Assembly: GCF_055900595.2 (NCBI RefSeq)
Contig: NZ_CM148325.1
DNA length: 64,000 nt
Strand: one strand, 5' to 3'
Shown here: in pieces, positions 42,654 to 53,615 of the stretch
Numbering within the stretch: position 1 is the stretch's first letter
Layout of the letters: the number at the start of each line of letters is the position of its first letter
Program-made: the position numbers and the translations under genes
The notes under the pieces: model-generated
Told to the model about the DNA's origin: nothing
The model's input: only the letters and a program-made list of their open reading frames with translations
Databases searched by the model: none

Positions 42654-42904
42654 ACAAAATCCTGCTCAGCGACTACATATGGAGATCTTTTATTACTTAT
42701 CATCAACGGCTTCCTGCACTGCCAGTAGCAGAGTATACCTCTTAATATCTGCCATAAGTCTGGATTTAATCAGTGAAATCTATTTTGATAGCGCTATCAC
42801 AAATTCGAACAATACCTCCTGATAGCGCTATCTTTGTGATATTGATCGCAGATATACCGTCGTTACTTGAATACATTCTGGTCATATAAATAAGAAATTA
42901 GGGG

Positions 42905-43354
42905 GTGGGAGTGCTTAATATCTGGCTTTCTGATTCAACAATCGCATTACGAAAGAATGCCGCAACCTGGCAGCAGGCATTAGATATCTGTGCCAGACCG
43001 TTACTGGATGCAGAGATAATTACGACGGATTATCTCAGTGCGATAAAGACACAACATGAAAAACTGGGGCCTTATTATGTCCTGGCACCCGGGCTGGCCA
43101 TGCCGCATGCCCGACCAGAAGAAGGGGCAAAAGGATTAGGTTTATCATTATTAAAACTTGAAGAAGGTGTCAGTTTTCATACAGAGGAATTTGATCCTGT
43201 AGATGTTATCATTTTACTTGCCGCACCAGACAAACACAGTCATATCGAAATGATATCTGCACTGGCTGAGTTATTCTCCAGCGAAAAAGATTTACATGAA
43301 TTGCATCAGGCTCGCAATGTGGAGGAAATAAAAAAGATAATTTCACGGTTCTGA
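42905..43354 (+). CDS. PTS EIIA component (ascorbate/L-Asc family, PTS_EIIA_2)
   Basis: ...GPYYVLAPGLAMPHARPEEG... resembles UlaC/SgaA-type EIIA; first gene of a five-gene operon. Confidence 0.8.
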   Translation: MGVLNIWLSDSTIALRKNAATWQQALDICARPLLDAEIITTDYLSAIKTQHEKLGPYYVLAPGLAMPHARPEEGAKGLGLSLLKLEEGVSFHTEEFDPVDVIILLAAPDKHSHIEMISALAELFSSEKDLHELHQARNVEEIKKIISRF

Positions 43355-43432
43355 TTACATTATAAATTCAGTCTTTTCACAACATTGCGCCGTTGCGTGA
43401 TGGGACTTCTTCAACTTAAAATGGTGAATATA

Positions 43433-43705
43433 ATGAAAATTATGGCTATTTGTGGCTCAGGGCTTGGTAGTAGTTTTATGGTCGAAATGAATATTAAAAA
43501 AGTTCTGAAAAAAATGGATATAGAGGCGGAAGTGGAACATTCCGATCTCTCATCAGCAACGCCAGGGGCTGCCGATTTATTTGTGATGGCCAAAGATATT
43601 GCTGCCAGTGCCAGCGTACCGGAAAGTCAGTTGGTGGTTATCAACAACATCATTGATATTAATGAACTCGAAACGCAACTGCGTAACTGGTTAGCAAAAC
43701 AATAA
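43433..43705 (+). CDS. PTS EIIB component (UlaB/SgaB-like)
   Basis: MKIMAICGSGLGSS with the active-site Cys motif; start chosen inside track ORF 43385..43705. Confidence 0.8.
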   Translation: MKIMAICGSGLGSSFMVEMNIKKVLKKMDIEAEVEHSDLSSATPGAADLFVMAKDIAASASVPESQLVVINNIIDINELETQLRNWLAKQ

Positions 43706-43721
43706 CCTTAATTGAAGCGAG

Positions 43722-45116
43722 GTGGATATGTTTATCCTTGAAACGCTGAATTTTGTTGTTGATATACTTAAAGTGCCCGCGATACTGGTCGGCTTGATTG
43801 CCTTAATTGGTCTGGTTGCCCAGAAAAAATCTTTTTCAGATGTTGTTAAAGGTACAATTAAAACTATTCTCGGCTTTATTGTACTGGGCGGTGGTGCCAC
43901 TGTTTTGGTTGGTTCGTTAAATCCTCTTGGGAGTATGTTTGAACATGCCTTTAATATTCAGGGCATCATTCCGAATAATGAGGCTATTGTTTCTATTGCG
44001 CTGGAAAAATATGGCGCATCGACGGCCCTTATTATGGCATTTGGTATGGTGGCGAATATTATTGTTGCCCGCTTTACCCGCCTTAAATATATCTTCCTGA
44101 CCGGACACCACACATTTTACATGGCCTGCATGATTGGTGTGATTCTGACAGTGGCTGGTTTTGAAGGTATATCACTGGTCTTTACCGGTTCTCTTATTCT
44201 GGGACTTGTGATGGCATTTTTCCCGGCATTAGCACAACGCTATATGAAGCGTATTACGGGGAATGATGACATTGCTTTTGGTCACTTTGGCACTCTGGGA
44301 TATGTACTTTCTGGCTGGATTGGCAGCGTGTGCGGTAAAGGTTCCCGCTCCACCGAAGAGATGAATTTGCCCAAAAATCTGAGCTTCCTGCGCGACAGTT
44401 CCATCTCTATTTCTCTTACGATGATGGTGATTTATCTGATCATGGCGATCAGTGCTGGTCGTGAGTTCGTTGAAAGCCAGTTCAGTGGTGGTCAAAACTA
44501 CCTTGTCTACGCCATCATAATGGCCATCACCTTCGCTGCTGGTGTATTTATTATTCTGCAAGGCGTGCGTTTAATCCTTGCTGAAATAGTTCCGGCATTT
44601 ACCGGGTTTTCAGAAAAGCTGGTGCCGAATGCCCGTCCGGCCCTCGATTGCCCGGTTGTGTATCCGTATGCGCCAAACGCAGTGTTAGTTGGTTTCTTGT
44701 TTAGCTTTTTTGGCGGTCTGGTAGGGCTATTTTTGTTGGGACAGATGAAACTGGTGTTGATTCTTCCGGGTGTCGTTCCTCACTTTTTTACCGGGGCGGC
44801 TGCTGGCGTATTTGGTAACGCTACGGGGGGACGTCGTGGCGCAATGATTGGTGCTTTTGCGAATGGCTTATTGATTACCTTCCTGCCAGTACTGTTATTG
44901 CCGGTTCTTGGGGCGATAGGCTTTGCTAATACGACCTTTTCCGATGCAGATTTTGGTGCTGTCGGCATCGTCCTCGGAAACCTGGCACGTTATCTCTCAC
45001 CTTTTGCCATCACCGGACTTGTAGTAGCGCTATTTGTGCTGCTGGTTGCCTGGAACATTTTCGCCAGTAACAAAATCGCTGCCAAAGCGCAGAAGAAGAG
45101 TGGAGCCAAATCATGA
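43722..45116 (+). CDS. PTS EIIC permease (UlaA/SgaT-like), 464 aa
   Basis: Large polytopic membrane protein directly after EIIB. Confidence 0.85.
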   Translation: MDMFILETLNFVVDILKVPAILVGLIALIGLVAQKKSFSDVVKGTIKTILGFIVLGGGATVLVGSLNPLGSMFEHAFNIQGIIPNNEAIVSIALEKYGASTALIMAFGMVANIIVARFTRLKYIFLTGHHTFYMACMIGVILTVAGFEGISLVFTGSLILGLVMAFFPALAQRYMKRITGNDDIAFGHFGTLGYVLSGWIGSVCGKGSRSTEEMNLPKNLSFLRDSSISISLTMMVIYLIMAISAGREFVESQFSGGQNYLVYAIIMAITFAAGVFIILQGVRLILAEIVPAFTGFSEKLVPNARPALDCPVVYPYAPNAVLVGFLFSFFGGLVGLFLLGQMKLVLILPGVVPHFFTGAAAGVFGNATGGRRGAMIGAFANGLLITFLPVLLLPVLGAIGFANTTFSDADFGAVGIVLGNLARYLSPFAITGLVVALFVLLVAWNIFASNKIAAKAQKKSGAKS

Positions 45117-45943
45117 ATGTTAAAGAATTGACTCAATTTGCACGGGATATACGTATCCAGACGCTTAAATCATTAACTCATCTCGGCTTCGGTCATTATG
45201 GTGGCAGCATGTCGGTTGTGGAAACGCTGGCAGTGCTTTATGGCGCTGTAATGAAAATTGATCCTGCTGCTCCCGACTGGCCTGAGCGTGACTATTTTAT
45301 CCTGTCCAAAGGACATGCCGGACCTGCTCTCTACAGTACTCTGGCGCTGAAAGGCTACTTTCCACTGGAAGAATTAAGCACCTTAAATCAGAACGGAACC
45401 CGCTTACCAAGTCATCCGGATCGGCTAAAAACGTGTGGTGTTGATAGCACCACAGGATCGCTGGGGCAGGGGATATCCATTGCCGGAGGGATGGCGCTGT
45501 CGCATAAACTGGCGGGGCGCAAGAATCGGGTTTTTTGTATTGTCGGCGATGGCGAACTTAATGAAGGCCAATGTTGGGAAGCTTTCCAGTTTATCGCGCA
45601 TCATCGTTTGAATAACCTCACTGTGTTTGTGGACTGGAACAAACAGCAGCTTGATGGTCAACTGGATGAAATTATTAATCCATTTGATTTGGAAGGAAAA
45701 TTCCGGGCTTTCGGTTTTGATGTCGTGACAGTGAAGGGCGATGATATTGAGGGCTTGTTGAATGTAGTTAAACCTGTCCTGCCAGCTGAGGCCAGACCGA
45801 GAGTGGTCATTCTCGATAGCATTAAAGGGCAGGGGGTGCCGTGTCTCGAGCAACTCAGTAATTCTCATCACTTACGCCTCACAGAAGAGATGAAGGGGAC
45901 GCTAAACGAAACAATTCGCCAACTGGAGGCTATGCATGATTAA
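45113..45943 (+). CDS. Transketolase, N-terminal subunit (split tkt)
   Basis: Thiamine-diphosphate-binding signature (...GHYGGSMS..., ...GDGELNEGQCWEA...); overlaps neighbours by 4 and 8 bp. Confidence 0.85.
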   Translation: MNVKELTQFARDIRIQTLKSLTHLGFGHYGGSMSVVETLAVLYGAVMKIDPAAPDWPERDYFILSKGHAGPALYSTLALKGYFPLEELSTLNQNGTRLPSHPDRLKTCGVDSTTGSLGQGISIAGGMALSHKLAGRKNRVFCIVGDGELNEGQCWEAFQFIAHHRLNNLTVFVDWNKQQLDGQLDEIINPFDLEGKFRAFGFDVVTVKGDDIEGLLNVVKPVLPAEARPRVVILDSIKGQGVPCLEQLSNSHHLRLTEEMKGTLNETIRQLEAMHD

Positions 45944-46889
45944 TCTCGCACCGGCAGGACAAAAAGACAGCATTGAAATGCGCAAAGTTTATGCAGATTT
46001 TATCGCGCAACAGAGTAAAAACGTCAGTTCTGTCATTGCTCTTGAGGCTGATTTAATGAGTTCCATGGCAATGGACAGCGTGGCGCAGGATTATCCAGAT
46101 CACGTCATTAATTGCGGCATTATGGAAGCCAATGTTATCGGCACAGCTGCAGGGCTGGCCTTAACCGGGCGCAAGCCATTCGTGCATACCTTTACCGCAT
46201 TTGCCAGTCGTCGCTGTTTTGATCAACTCTTTATGTCGCTTGATTACCAGGGCGCTAACGTCAAAGTTATAGCTTCTGATGCGGGTGTTGCTGCTTGCCA
46301 CAATGGCGGAACACATATGTCATTTGAAGATATGGGAATTGTGCGCGGGCTGGCGCATTCGGTGGTGATGGAGATGACAGATGCCGTAATGTTCAGCGAT
46401 ATCTTGCGTCAACTCGTTGCACTGGAAGGATTTTATTGGATTCGTACCATTCGGAAGCAAGCAGCGAGTATTTACGCACCAGGTACAACCTTTACAATTG
46501 GCAAAGGGCAGGTATTACGTGAAGGTACGGATGTCACCTTAATTGCTAATGGCATTATGGTGGTGGAAGCCCTGGAGGCCGCACGTCAACTTGAGCTGGC
46601 TGGGGTAAGTGTAGCGGTGATTGATATGTTTACGCTCAAACCCGTTGATCGGATGTTAATTAAAAATTATGCCGAAAAAACAGGACGGATCGTAACATGT
46701 GAAAACCATAGTATTCATAATGGATTAGGTTCAGCAGTTGCTGAAGTGCTTGTAGAAACTTGTCCTGTGCCCATGCGTCGGGTGGGGGTTAAAGAGCGGT
46801 ATGGCCAGGTTGGAACTCAGGACTTTTTACAGAGAGAGTACGGGTTAACCGCGCAAGATATTGTGGCGGCAGCCAGAGAGCTATTGTAA
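45936..46889 (+). CDS. Transketolase, C-terminal subunit (split tkt)
   Basis: Pyrimidine-binding and C-terminal transketolase domains; last gene of the operon. Confidence 0.85.
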   Translation: MINLAPAGQKDSIEMRKVYADFIAQQSKNVSSVIALEADLMSSMAMDSVAQDYPDHVINCGIMEANVIGTAAGLALTGRKPFVHTFTAFASRRCFDQLFMSLDYQGANVKVIASDAGVAACHNGGTHMSFEDMGIVRGLAHSVVMEMTDAVMFSDILRQLVALEGFYWIRTIRKQAASIYAPGTTFTIGKGQVLREGTDVTLIANGIMVVEALEAARQLELAGVSVAVIDMFTLKPVDRMLIKNYAEKTGRIVTCENHSIHNGLGSAVAEVLVETCPVPMRRVGVKERYGQVGTQDFLQREYGLTAQDIVAAARELL

Positions 46890-47151
46890 TTCATGGAGTT
46901 TGTTTACCATTCTGTTTTTCTTAAAAGTGAGTGTCTGTGCGGTCACTAAACTCGGTAATAAAGCAGTTCATTGCAGGATAAGAAGCGTTTGGTTGTGTCG
47001 TTTTACCGTAAGAACCGACCGCCGTATGTAGCCATTAAGCCAGTATTGGTAACGTAGGTGCCCACCTTTTCAAACTGGTGGACGCCTGTTATGGAGCAAA
47101 AACATTATCCGCAGAACCCCGCAGATCATTTTCAAATGAGTTAAACTTCAA

Positions 47152-47337
47152 ATGGTTAAACTGGTTTTGCAACCAGGAGCCTCTGTTGCCCGTATTGCCC
47201 GGGAACACGATATCAATGATAACCTCCTGTTCAAATGGCTCAGACTCTGGCAGAACGTAAGGTACAGGGAGATGAAAAAGGCAATAGCAGAACTGAGTGA
47301 CAGTGAAACCATTCTGGCGTACAGGGTTGGATGGTGA
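47152..47337 (+). pseudogene. IS66-family TnpA-like fragment
   Basis: VKLVLQPGASVARIAREHDINDNLLFKWLR parallels the TnpA at 51132 (VEQSLQPGACVAQIARENGINDNLLFNWR); short and isolated. Confidence 0.45.
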
Positions 47338-47343
47338 AACTGA

Positions 47344-47377
47344 TAAAAAAACCCCTCTGAAAATTCTGTCAGAGGGG
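47344..47377 (-). terminator. Orphan Rho-independent terminator (minus strand)
   Basis: cccctctga / tcagagggg stem with 8-nt loop followed by seven T on the minus strand; no intact gene upstream. Confidence 0.6.
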
Positions 47378-48033
47378 TGTAGTCAATAAGGGTGTCATAT
47401 TCAACATGAAGATGTCTTCTGGGAATGTTTACATAGCAAATGCTTTCACTCCGGTAATTAATTTCCGTGATTAACTGCTTTCGATCAATAAAGGAATTGC
47501 AAAAGTGTGATCTTGCTCACGACATTGTGGATGATAATATGCCTGATGTCTGAATCCGGAAACAGTGCTCTGGCGGGTTTCATGTGAAGTTGACGGATAA
47601 AAAATCCTCACGACCAGACAGACGTGCGGTTTACGAAATTCGTAACAAGAGGCTTTTCTACGGATCACGTGGTGCGTGCCACGTGAAATTTTTGTAGCGC
47701 AAAATGTGCAATGTGTAAATACAAGGAAGGAAAAAGTTAAATTGGTGGAAGTCCATGCCTGCCACATGTACGTCTGCATTCCTCGTTTTGAACAGAATTC
47801 TCACCAGACATCGTGAATTTCTCATTCAATCTGCAAAATGGCATCTGAATCGATCGCAGTTTGGCATTCGAATCGATCATGATTTGGCATCCATCTCCGA
47901 TCACAGTTTGGCATCACAATCGATCACGATTTGGCATGCTTCCGATCATTGATTGGCATCCTGCCAGTCACTCCGGGAATTCACTCTTTTCACCACAGTC
48001 TCCATTGCCGTGTTTAAACCAGTGGAGACGTCA

Positions 48034-49599
48034 ATGTCCAGAAAGCGAAAATCCAGGAGCACTATGGAAACCTGTTTTAAGATCCTTCAGCTCAAGTTCG
48101 ACAAGAAGCTGACTAACCGTTGTATCGGACTGACGTTACACATCAGCGCCTCAACCGTTTTTGAGGTTATTGCCCGCTTCAAAGCCTCTTCTCTGCCATG
48201 GCCATTACCTGCTGATATATCCCATGACACGCTGGAGAAACTCATTTTTCCGCCCAAAGACACCTTTGCATCAGAGCTTGTAATGCCTGACATGTTGTAC
48301 TTCGATACGGAAATGAGAAAACCAGGTGTGACGCGGCAACTGCTGTGGATGGAATACAAGGCACAGGCAGGTGACAAAGCGATGGGATACTCGCACTTCT
48401 GCCTTTGCTACCGGGAGTGGAAAAAAACGCGACGTCTCTCCATGCGCCAGGAGCATCGTGCCGGCGAAAAGCTTTTTATCGACTTCTGTGGTCCTACTGT
48501 TCCTGTTATTAATCCGGACACCGGTGAGATACGCCGCGTGGCAATCTTCGTGGCCGTAATGGGGGCGTCCAAGTATACCTACGTTGAAGCGTGCGAAGGT
48601 CAGGACATGATGTCATGGTTAAATGCCCACAGCCGTTGCCTGACCTTCCTGGGCGGCGTACCGAAGCTGCTCATCCCCGATAACCTCAGAAGCGCAGTGA
48701 AAAAGACCGATCGCTATGAGCCTGTCATCAACGACAGTTATCAGGCACTGGCTGAGCACTATGGCACGGTTATCATCCCGGCCCGACCACGCAAACCTAA
48801 AGATAAACCAAAAGCAGAAAACGGCGTCCTCATCGTCGAACGATGGCTTCTTGCCCGCATCCGTAATGAAACCTTCCACACGCTCAGGGCGCTGAATGCG
48901 CGCCTTTGGGAGTTACTGACAGACATGAATAACCGGCCAATGAAGGGGTACGGCAATCAAACCCGTGCAGAACGCTTCCGCATACTGGATGCGCCAGCTC
49001 TCTCTCCGCTGCCTCTGACACCTTATGAATACACGGAATACAAAGCCGTGAAGGTTGGCCCTGACTACCACGTTGAATATGCCCGTCACTGGTACTCCGT
49101 TCCACACGAACTGGTCGGTCAGCGTCTGTCACTGAAAGCGGGGCAGTCGGTGGTACAGCTCTGGCACAAGGGGCAGTGTGTGGCACAACATCCGCGCAGC
49201 ACACATGAATATAAACACACAACCAATCCGCTTCACATGCCAGAGCGCCACCGGCAGCACGGGACATGGACACCGGAACGCCTTATCGGGCAGGGAAAAC
49301 GTACGGGCCCGTCCACAGGCCGGGTGGTTGAATCCATGCTGAAGGCAAAACCCCATCCGGAACTGGCTTATCGTGCAGTTCTGGGGCTGCTGGCACTTCA
49401 GAAAAAATACGGCCCGGAACGGCTGGAAAAGGCCTGTTACGTTGCCCTGCACTATAATGCCCCGGACAGACGCTTTATCGACAATCTGCTGCGTCACCAT
49501 CGGGAGAACCTGGAGCTTCCGTTATCCCGCCAGGGCGAACAACATCCGGCATATGCTTCAGAGCATGAAAACCTGTGTGGTCCGGGCTACTACCACTGA
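48034..49599 (+). CDS. istA: IS21-family transposase IstA
   Basis: Track ORF trimmed to MSRKRKS with GGAG RBS; HTH plus DDE-type integrase core. Confidence 0.85.
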   Translation: MSRKRKSRSTMETCFKILQLKFDKKLTNRCIGLTLHISASTVFEVIARFKASSLPWPLPADISHDTLEKLIFPPKDTFASELVMPDMLYFDTEMRKPGVTRQLLWMEYKAQAGDKAMGYSHFCLCYREWKKTRRLSMRQEHRAGEKLFIDFCGPTVPVINPDTGEIRRVAIFVAVMGASKYTYVEACEGQDMMSWLNAHSRCLTFLGGVPKLLIPDNLRSAVKKTDRYEPVINDSYQALAEHYGTVIIPARPRKPKDKPKAENGVLIVERWLLARIRNETFHTLRALNARLWELLTDMNNRPMKGYGNQTRAERFRILDAPALSPLPLTPYEYTEYKAVKVGPDYHVEYARHWYSVPHELVGQRLSLKAGQSVVQLWHKGQCVAQHPRSTHEYKHTTNPLHMPERHRQHGTWTPERLIGQGKRTGPSTGRVVESMLKAKPHPELAYRAVLGLLALQKKYGPERLEKACYVALHYNAPDRRFIDNLLRHHRENLELPLSRQGEQHPAYASEHENLCGPGYYH

Positions 49600-49615
49600 C
49601 AGAAGGAACAACAGT

Positions 49616-50371
49616 ATGAGTGATAACCTGTTAAACAAACTGACCCAACTGAAACTCCCGGCGATGGCCGGGAGCCTGATACGGCAGCGGGAAACGCCTC
49701 AGACCTACGACGAGCTGTCGTTCGAGGAAAGGCTGACGCTGCTGGTTGATGACGAGCTTCTGAGCAGGGAAAACATCCGTGTGGCACGGTTGAGAAAAAA
49801 TGCCGGCCTGAAATACCAGGCAACACCGGAAGGGCTGCGCTATCCGGCCTCAAGAGGTCTGCGGGCTGAACAGATGAGGGAACTGCTGAACGGCCACTAC
49901 ATAACCCACAGGAAAAACCTGCTGATAACCGGTCCGACAGGATGTGGCAAGAGCTGGATAGCCAATGCGCTGGGCGAACAGGCATGTCGACAGAAACACA
50001 GCGTCCGGTACTGTAGAACCGGGCGATTACTGGAACAACTGGCTCAGGGACGTGTTGATGGCAGCTGGCTGAAGTATCTGAAACAGTTGCAAAAAATACA
50101 GGTTCTAATCCTGGACGATCTGGGGCTGGAGTCGTTAAGTAACGCCCAGTGTAATGACCTTCTGGAGCTCATAGAGGATCGTTACGGACAAAGCAGCACG
50201 ATAGTGGTAAGCCAGTTCCCGGTAGATAAATGGCATGGTCTGATGGAGAAGCCAACAACAGCAGATGCCATCCCGGACAGACTGGTACATAACTCACACA
50301 GACTAGTCCTTCAGGGAGAGTCCCTGAGGAAAAATCCCTCGATAGTGGAAAGCATCGAAAAAACGAGTTAA
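49616..50371 (+). CDS. istB: IS21-family helper ATPase IstB
   Basis: Walker A GPTGCGKSW; start MSDNLLNKL inside track ORF 49373..50371. Confidence 0.9.
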   Translation: MSDNLLNKLTQLKLPAMAGSLIRQRETPQTYDELSFEERLTLLVDDELLSRENIRVARLRKNAGLKYQATPEGLRYPASRGLRAEQMRELLNGHYITHRKNLLITGPTGCGKSWIANALGEQACRQKHSVRYCRTGRLLEQLAQGRVDGSWLKYLKQLQKIQVLILDDLGLESLSNAQCNDLLELIEDRYGQSSTIVVSQFPVDKWHGLMEKPTTADAIPDRLVHNSHRLVLQGESLRKNPSIVESIEKTS

Positions 50372-50879
50372 AAAGCGGTAGAAAAAGTTAAGTTCCCGGT
50401 TGATCGAATGGATGCGAATAGCTGATCGGACTTCGATGCCAATCCGTGATCGAATAGAGCGGAATACGCACTTTAACAACACAAAACATCATTTTTTGAA
50501 ACAATATTCACGGAACTTCTTATCCCTTCACTTCCCGTTTTATATGGGCAGCACCGTCTGTCTTTCCTATTGATGCGATTCGTATAATTTATTTTACCCA
50601 TGAGAAACTCACATTTAAATTTATGAGATGTCATATATGAAGAATAAGGAAATGCCCGGATAGGTGGATTGTGGAAAAGTTACTGGCAATAACTTAACTA
50701 CAATAACCGGCACGTTTTCAACGCTGGCGCAGGCAAGTGCGGACAAAACGGGATTCTTTATCACGGGTAAAACTTGTGCATCTGTGACGGTATTAATCCT
50801 GTTCATCAGTAAGCGCCTCATCTGAACCGTCTGGTCTGTTTCCTCCGGCTCCACAAAAATAATGTCCATCATTTTTAAT

Positions 50880-51085
50880 GGACACTATCGTATGGAATAC
50901 CGGACCTGGATCACCGAAGCTTTACGTCTTCACTTTGAAGAACATTTACCACGGATTGTGGCCGGACGTCGCCTGGGCGTACCAAAATCAACAGTTTGTG
51001 GTATGTTCGTGCGCTTCCGCAAAGCTGGCCTTTCATGGCCTCTGCCCGCAGGTATGTCGGAGCGGGAACTTGATGCCCGTCTTTA
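50880..51085 (+). pseudogene. N-terminal fragment of a second IS21-family IstA, truncated by the IS66 insertion
   Basis: N-terminal 90 aa of track ORF 50862..51539 (HTH then LSWPLPAGMSERELDARLYG) parallels the IstA N-terminus at 48034 (LPWPLPADISHDTLEKLIFP) before switching into IS66 TnpA. Confidence 0.5.
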
Positions 51086-51131
51086 CGGGAGTGCCTCCAC
51101 AGTACCTGTCGTACTTACTGAAAACACCGTT

Positions 51132-51539
51132 ATGTCCGAAGTCCCGGTGGTAAAAAAACGTCCCCGGCGGCCTAATTTTCCTTATGAGTTTAAAATCGCC
51201 TTAGTGGAGCAGTCACTGCAGCCCGGAGCCTGTGTGGCGCAGATCGCCCGTGAAAACGGAATCAACGATAACCTGCTCTTCAACTGGCGCCATCAATACC
51301 GGAAAGGTGGCCTGCTGCCTTCCGGAAAAAATATGCCTGCACTGCTTCCCGTGACGTTAACGCCGGAGCCGGATAATAAAATCCCGGCTCCGGCACAGGA
51401 ACCAGAGCAGATAAATACACCGTCCGACAGTCTGTGCTGTGAGCTGGTTCTGCCGGCCGGAACTCTCAGGCTGAAAGGTGAACTGACACCGGCCTTATTA
51501 CAGACACTTATCCGCGAAATGAAAGTGAGCAGCCACTGA
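51132..51539 (+). CDS. tnpA: IS66 TnpA (Orf1)
   Basis: MSEVPVVKKRPRRPNFPYEFKIALVEQSLQPGACVAQIARENGINDNLLFNWR... Confidence 0.85.
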   Translation: MSEVPVVKKRPRRPNFPYEFKIALVEQSLQPGACVAQIARENGINDNLLFNWRHQYRKGGLLPSGKNMPALLPVTLTPEPDNKIPAPAQEPEQINTPSDSLCCELVLPAGTLRLKGELTPALLQTLIREMKVSSH

Positions 51540-51886
51540 TGATATCTCTCCCTGCAGGTTCGCGTATCTGGCTGGTTGCCGGTATCACCGACATGCGAAA
51601 TGGCTTTAACGGCCTGGCCTCAAAAGTTCAGAACGTCCTGAAGGATGACCCGTTCTCCGGACACCTGTTCATCTTCCGCGGACGCCGGGGTGACCAGATA
51701 AAAGTGTTGTGGGCTGACAGTGACGGACTGTGCCTCTTCACCAAACGCCTGGAGCGGGGCCGCTTCGTCTGGCCGGTCACCCGTGACGGCAAGGTGCACC
51801 TTACTCCGGCCCAGTTATCCATGCTTCTTGAGGGCATCGACTGGAAACATCCAAAACGAACGGAACGCGCTGGAATCCGCATATAA
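51539..51886 (+). CDS. tnpB: IS66 TnpB (Orf2)
   Basis: 115 aa MISLPAGSRIWLVAGITDMRNGFNGLASKVQ...; start overlaps the tnpA stop (ATGA). Confidence 0.9.
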   Translation: MISLPAGSRIWLVAGITDMRNGFNGLASKVQNVLKDDPFSGHLFIFRGRRGDQIKVLWADSDGLCLFTKRLERGRFVWPVTRDGKVHLTPAQLSMLLEGIDWKHPKRTERAGIRI

Positions 51887-51905
51887 CCCGTTGTAAAGTG
51901 AGGAT

Positions 51906-53477
51906 ATGGACACCTCACTTGCTCATGAGAACGCCCGCCTGCGGGCACTGTTGCAGGCGCAACAGGACACCATCCGCCAGATGGCCGAATACAATTGCCT
52001 GCTCTCACAGCGGGTGGCGGCTTATGCTTCTGAAATCAACCGGCTGAAGGCGCTGGTTGCAAAACTGCAGCGCATGCAGTTCGGTAAAAGCTCAGAAAAA
52101 CTTCGCGCAAAAACCGAACGACAGATACAGGAAGCACAGGAGCGAATCAGCGCACTTCAGGAAGAAATGGCGGAAACACTGGGTGAGCAATATGACCCGG
52201 CACTGCCATCTTCCCTGCGCCAGTCTTCAGCCCGTAAACCGTTACCGGCTGCACTTCCCCGTGAATCCCGGGTTATCCGGCCGGAAGAGGAATGCTGCCC
52301 GGCTTGTGGTGGCGAACTCAGTTCTCTGGGATGTGATGTGTCAGAGCAACTGGAGCTTATCAGCAGCGCCTTTAAGGTTATCGAAACACAACGTCCGAAA
52401 CTGGCCTGTTGCCGGTGCGACCATATCGTGCAGGCACCAGTACCTTCAAAACCCATTGCACGCAGTTATGCCGGAGCGGGGCTTCTGGCTCATATCGTCA
52501 CCGGGAAGTATGCAGACCATCTGCCGTTATACCGCCAGTCAGAAATATACCGTCGTCAGGGCGTGGAACTGAGCCGCGCCACGCTGGGGCGCTGGACCAG
52601 TGCCGTTGCTGAACTGCTGGAGCCGCTGTATGACGTGCTGCGCCAGTATGTGCTGATGCCCGGTAAAGTCCATGCGGATGATATCCCCGTTCCGGTCCAG
52701 GAGCCGGGCAGTGGTAAAACAAGAACTGCCCGGCTGTGGGTTTACGTCCGTGATGACCGTAACGCCGGTTCACAGATGCCCCCGGCGGTCTGGTTCGCGT
52801 ACAGCCCGGACCGGAAAGGTATCCATCCACAGAATCACCTGGCCGGTTACAGCGGTGTGCTTCAGGCCGATGCTTACGGTGGTTACCGGGCGTTATACGA
52901 ATCCGGCAGAATAACGGAAGCCGCGTGTATGGCCCATGCCCGGAGAAAAATCCACGATGTGCATGCAAGAGCGCCTACCGATATCACCACGGAAGCCCTG
53001 CAGCGTATCGGTGAACTGTATGCAATCGAGGCAGAGGTCCGGGGATGTTCAGCAGAACAGCGTCTGGCGGCAAGAAAAGCCAGAGCTGTGCCACTGATGC
53101 AGTCACTGTACGACTGGATACAGACTCAGATGAAAACACTGTCGCGTCACTCAGATACGGCAAAAGCGTTCGCATACCTGCTGAAACAGTGGGATGCACT
53201 GAACGTGTACTGCAGTAATGGCTGGGTGGAAATCGACAACAACATCGCAGAGAACGCCTTACGGGGAGTGGCCGTAGGCCGGAAAAACTGGATGTTCGCG
53301 GGTTCCGACAGCGGTGGTGAACATGCGGCGGTGTTGTACTCGCTGATCGGCACATGCCGTCTGAACAATGTGGAGCCAGAAAAGTGGCTGCGTTACGTCA
53401 TTGAACATATCCAGGACTGGTCGGCAAACCGGGTACGCGATCTGTTGCCCTGGAAAGTTGATCTGAGCTCTCAGTAA
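51906..53477 (+). CDS. tnpC: IS66 TnpC transposase (523 aa)
   Basis: Leucine-zipper-like N-terminus, CxxC zinc motif and DDE core typical of IS66 TnpC. Confidence 0.9.
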   Translation: MDTSLAHENARLRALLQAQQDTIRQMAEYNCLLSQRVAAYASEINRLKALVAKLQRMQFGKSSEKLRAKTERQIQEAQERISALQEEMAETLGEQYDPALPSSLRQSSARKPLPAALPRESRVIRPEEECCPACGGELSSLGCDVSEQLELISSAFKVIETQRPKLACCRCDHIVQAPVPSKPIARSYAGAGLLAHIVTGKYADHLPLYRQSEIYRRQGVELSRATLGRWTSAVAELLEPLYDVLRQYVLMPGKVHADDIPVPVQEPGSGKTRTARLWVYVRDDRNAGSQMPPAVWFAYSPDRKGIHPQNHLAGYSGVLQADAYGGYRALYESGRITEAACMAHARRKIHDVHARAPTDITTEALQRIGELYAIEAEVRGCSAEQRLAARKARAVPLMQSLYDWIQTQMKTLSRHSDTAKAFAYLLKQWDALNVYCSNGWVEIDNNIAENALRGVAVGRKNWMFAGSDSGGEHAAVLYSLIGTCRLNNVEPEKWLRYVIEHIQDWSANRVRDLLPWKVDLSSQ

Positions 53478-53615
53478 ATATCAATACGGTTCTGACGAGC
53501 CGCTTACTATTCAGCAATGATGCTATTTTTTTTGAAGTAGATCACATTATCTGTGTTTCCCTTCCAGATTTATTTAGATAGTCTGATTTCTCGGTTTTAA
53601 TAAAAGGGGGAAGTA

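Larger units (their letters stand above)
47800..50480 (+). mobile_element. IS21-family insertion sequence (ends approximate)
   Basis: istA-istB gene pair; multiple tttggcat / atgccaa terminal repeats at both ends, typical of IS21-family IstA binding sites. Confidence 0.8.
51085..53507 (+). mobile_element. IS66-family insertion sequence (ISEc8-like; left end approximate)
   Basis: tnpA-tnpB-tnpC organisation with coupled overlaps; right end ...cgcttac about 30 bp after the tnpC stop. Confidence 0.8.

Noticed and set aside
47471-47779. 102-aa minus-strand ORF upstream of the orphan terminator
   Set aside because: Cys/His-rich low-complexity translation without RBS; probably not a gene, although the terminator suggests a gene once lay here.
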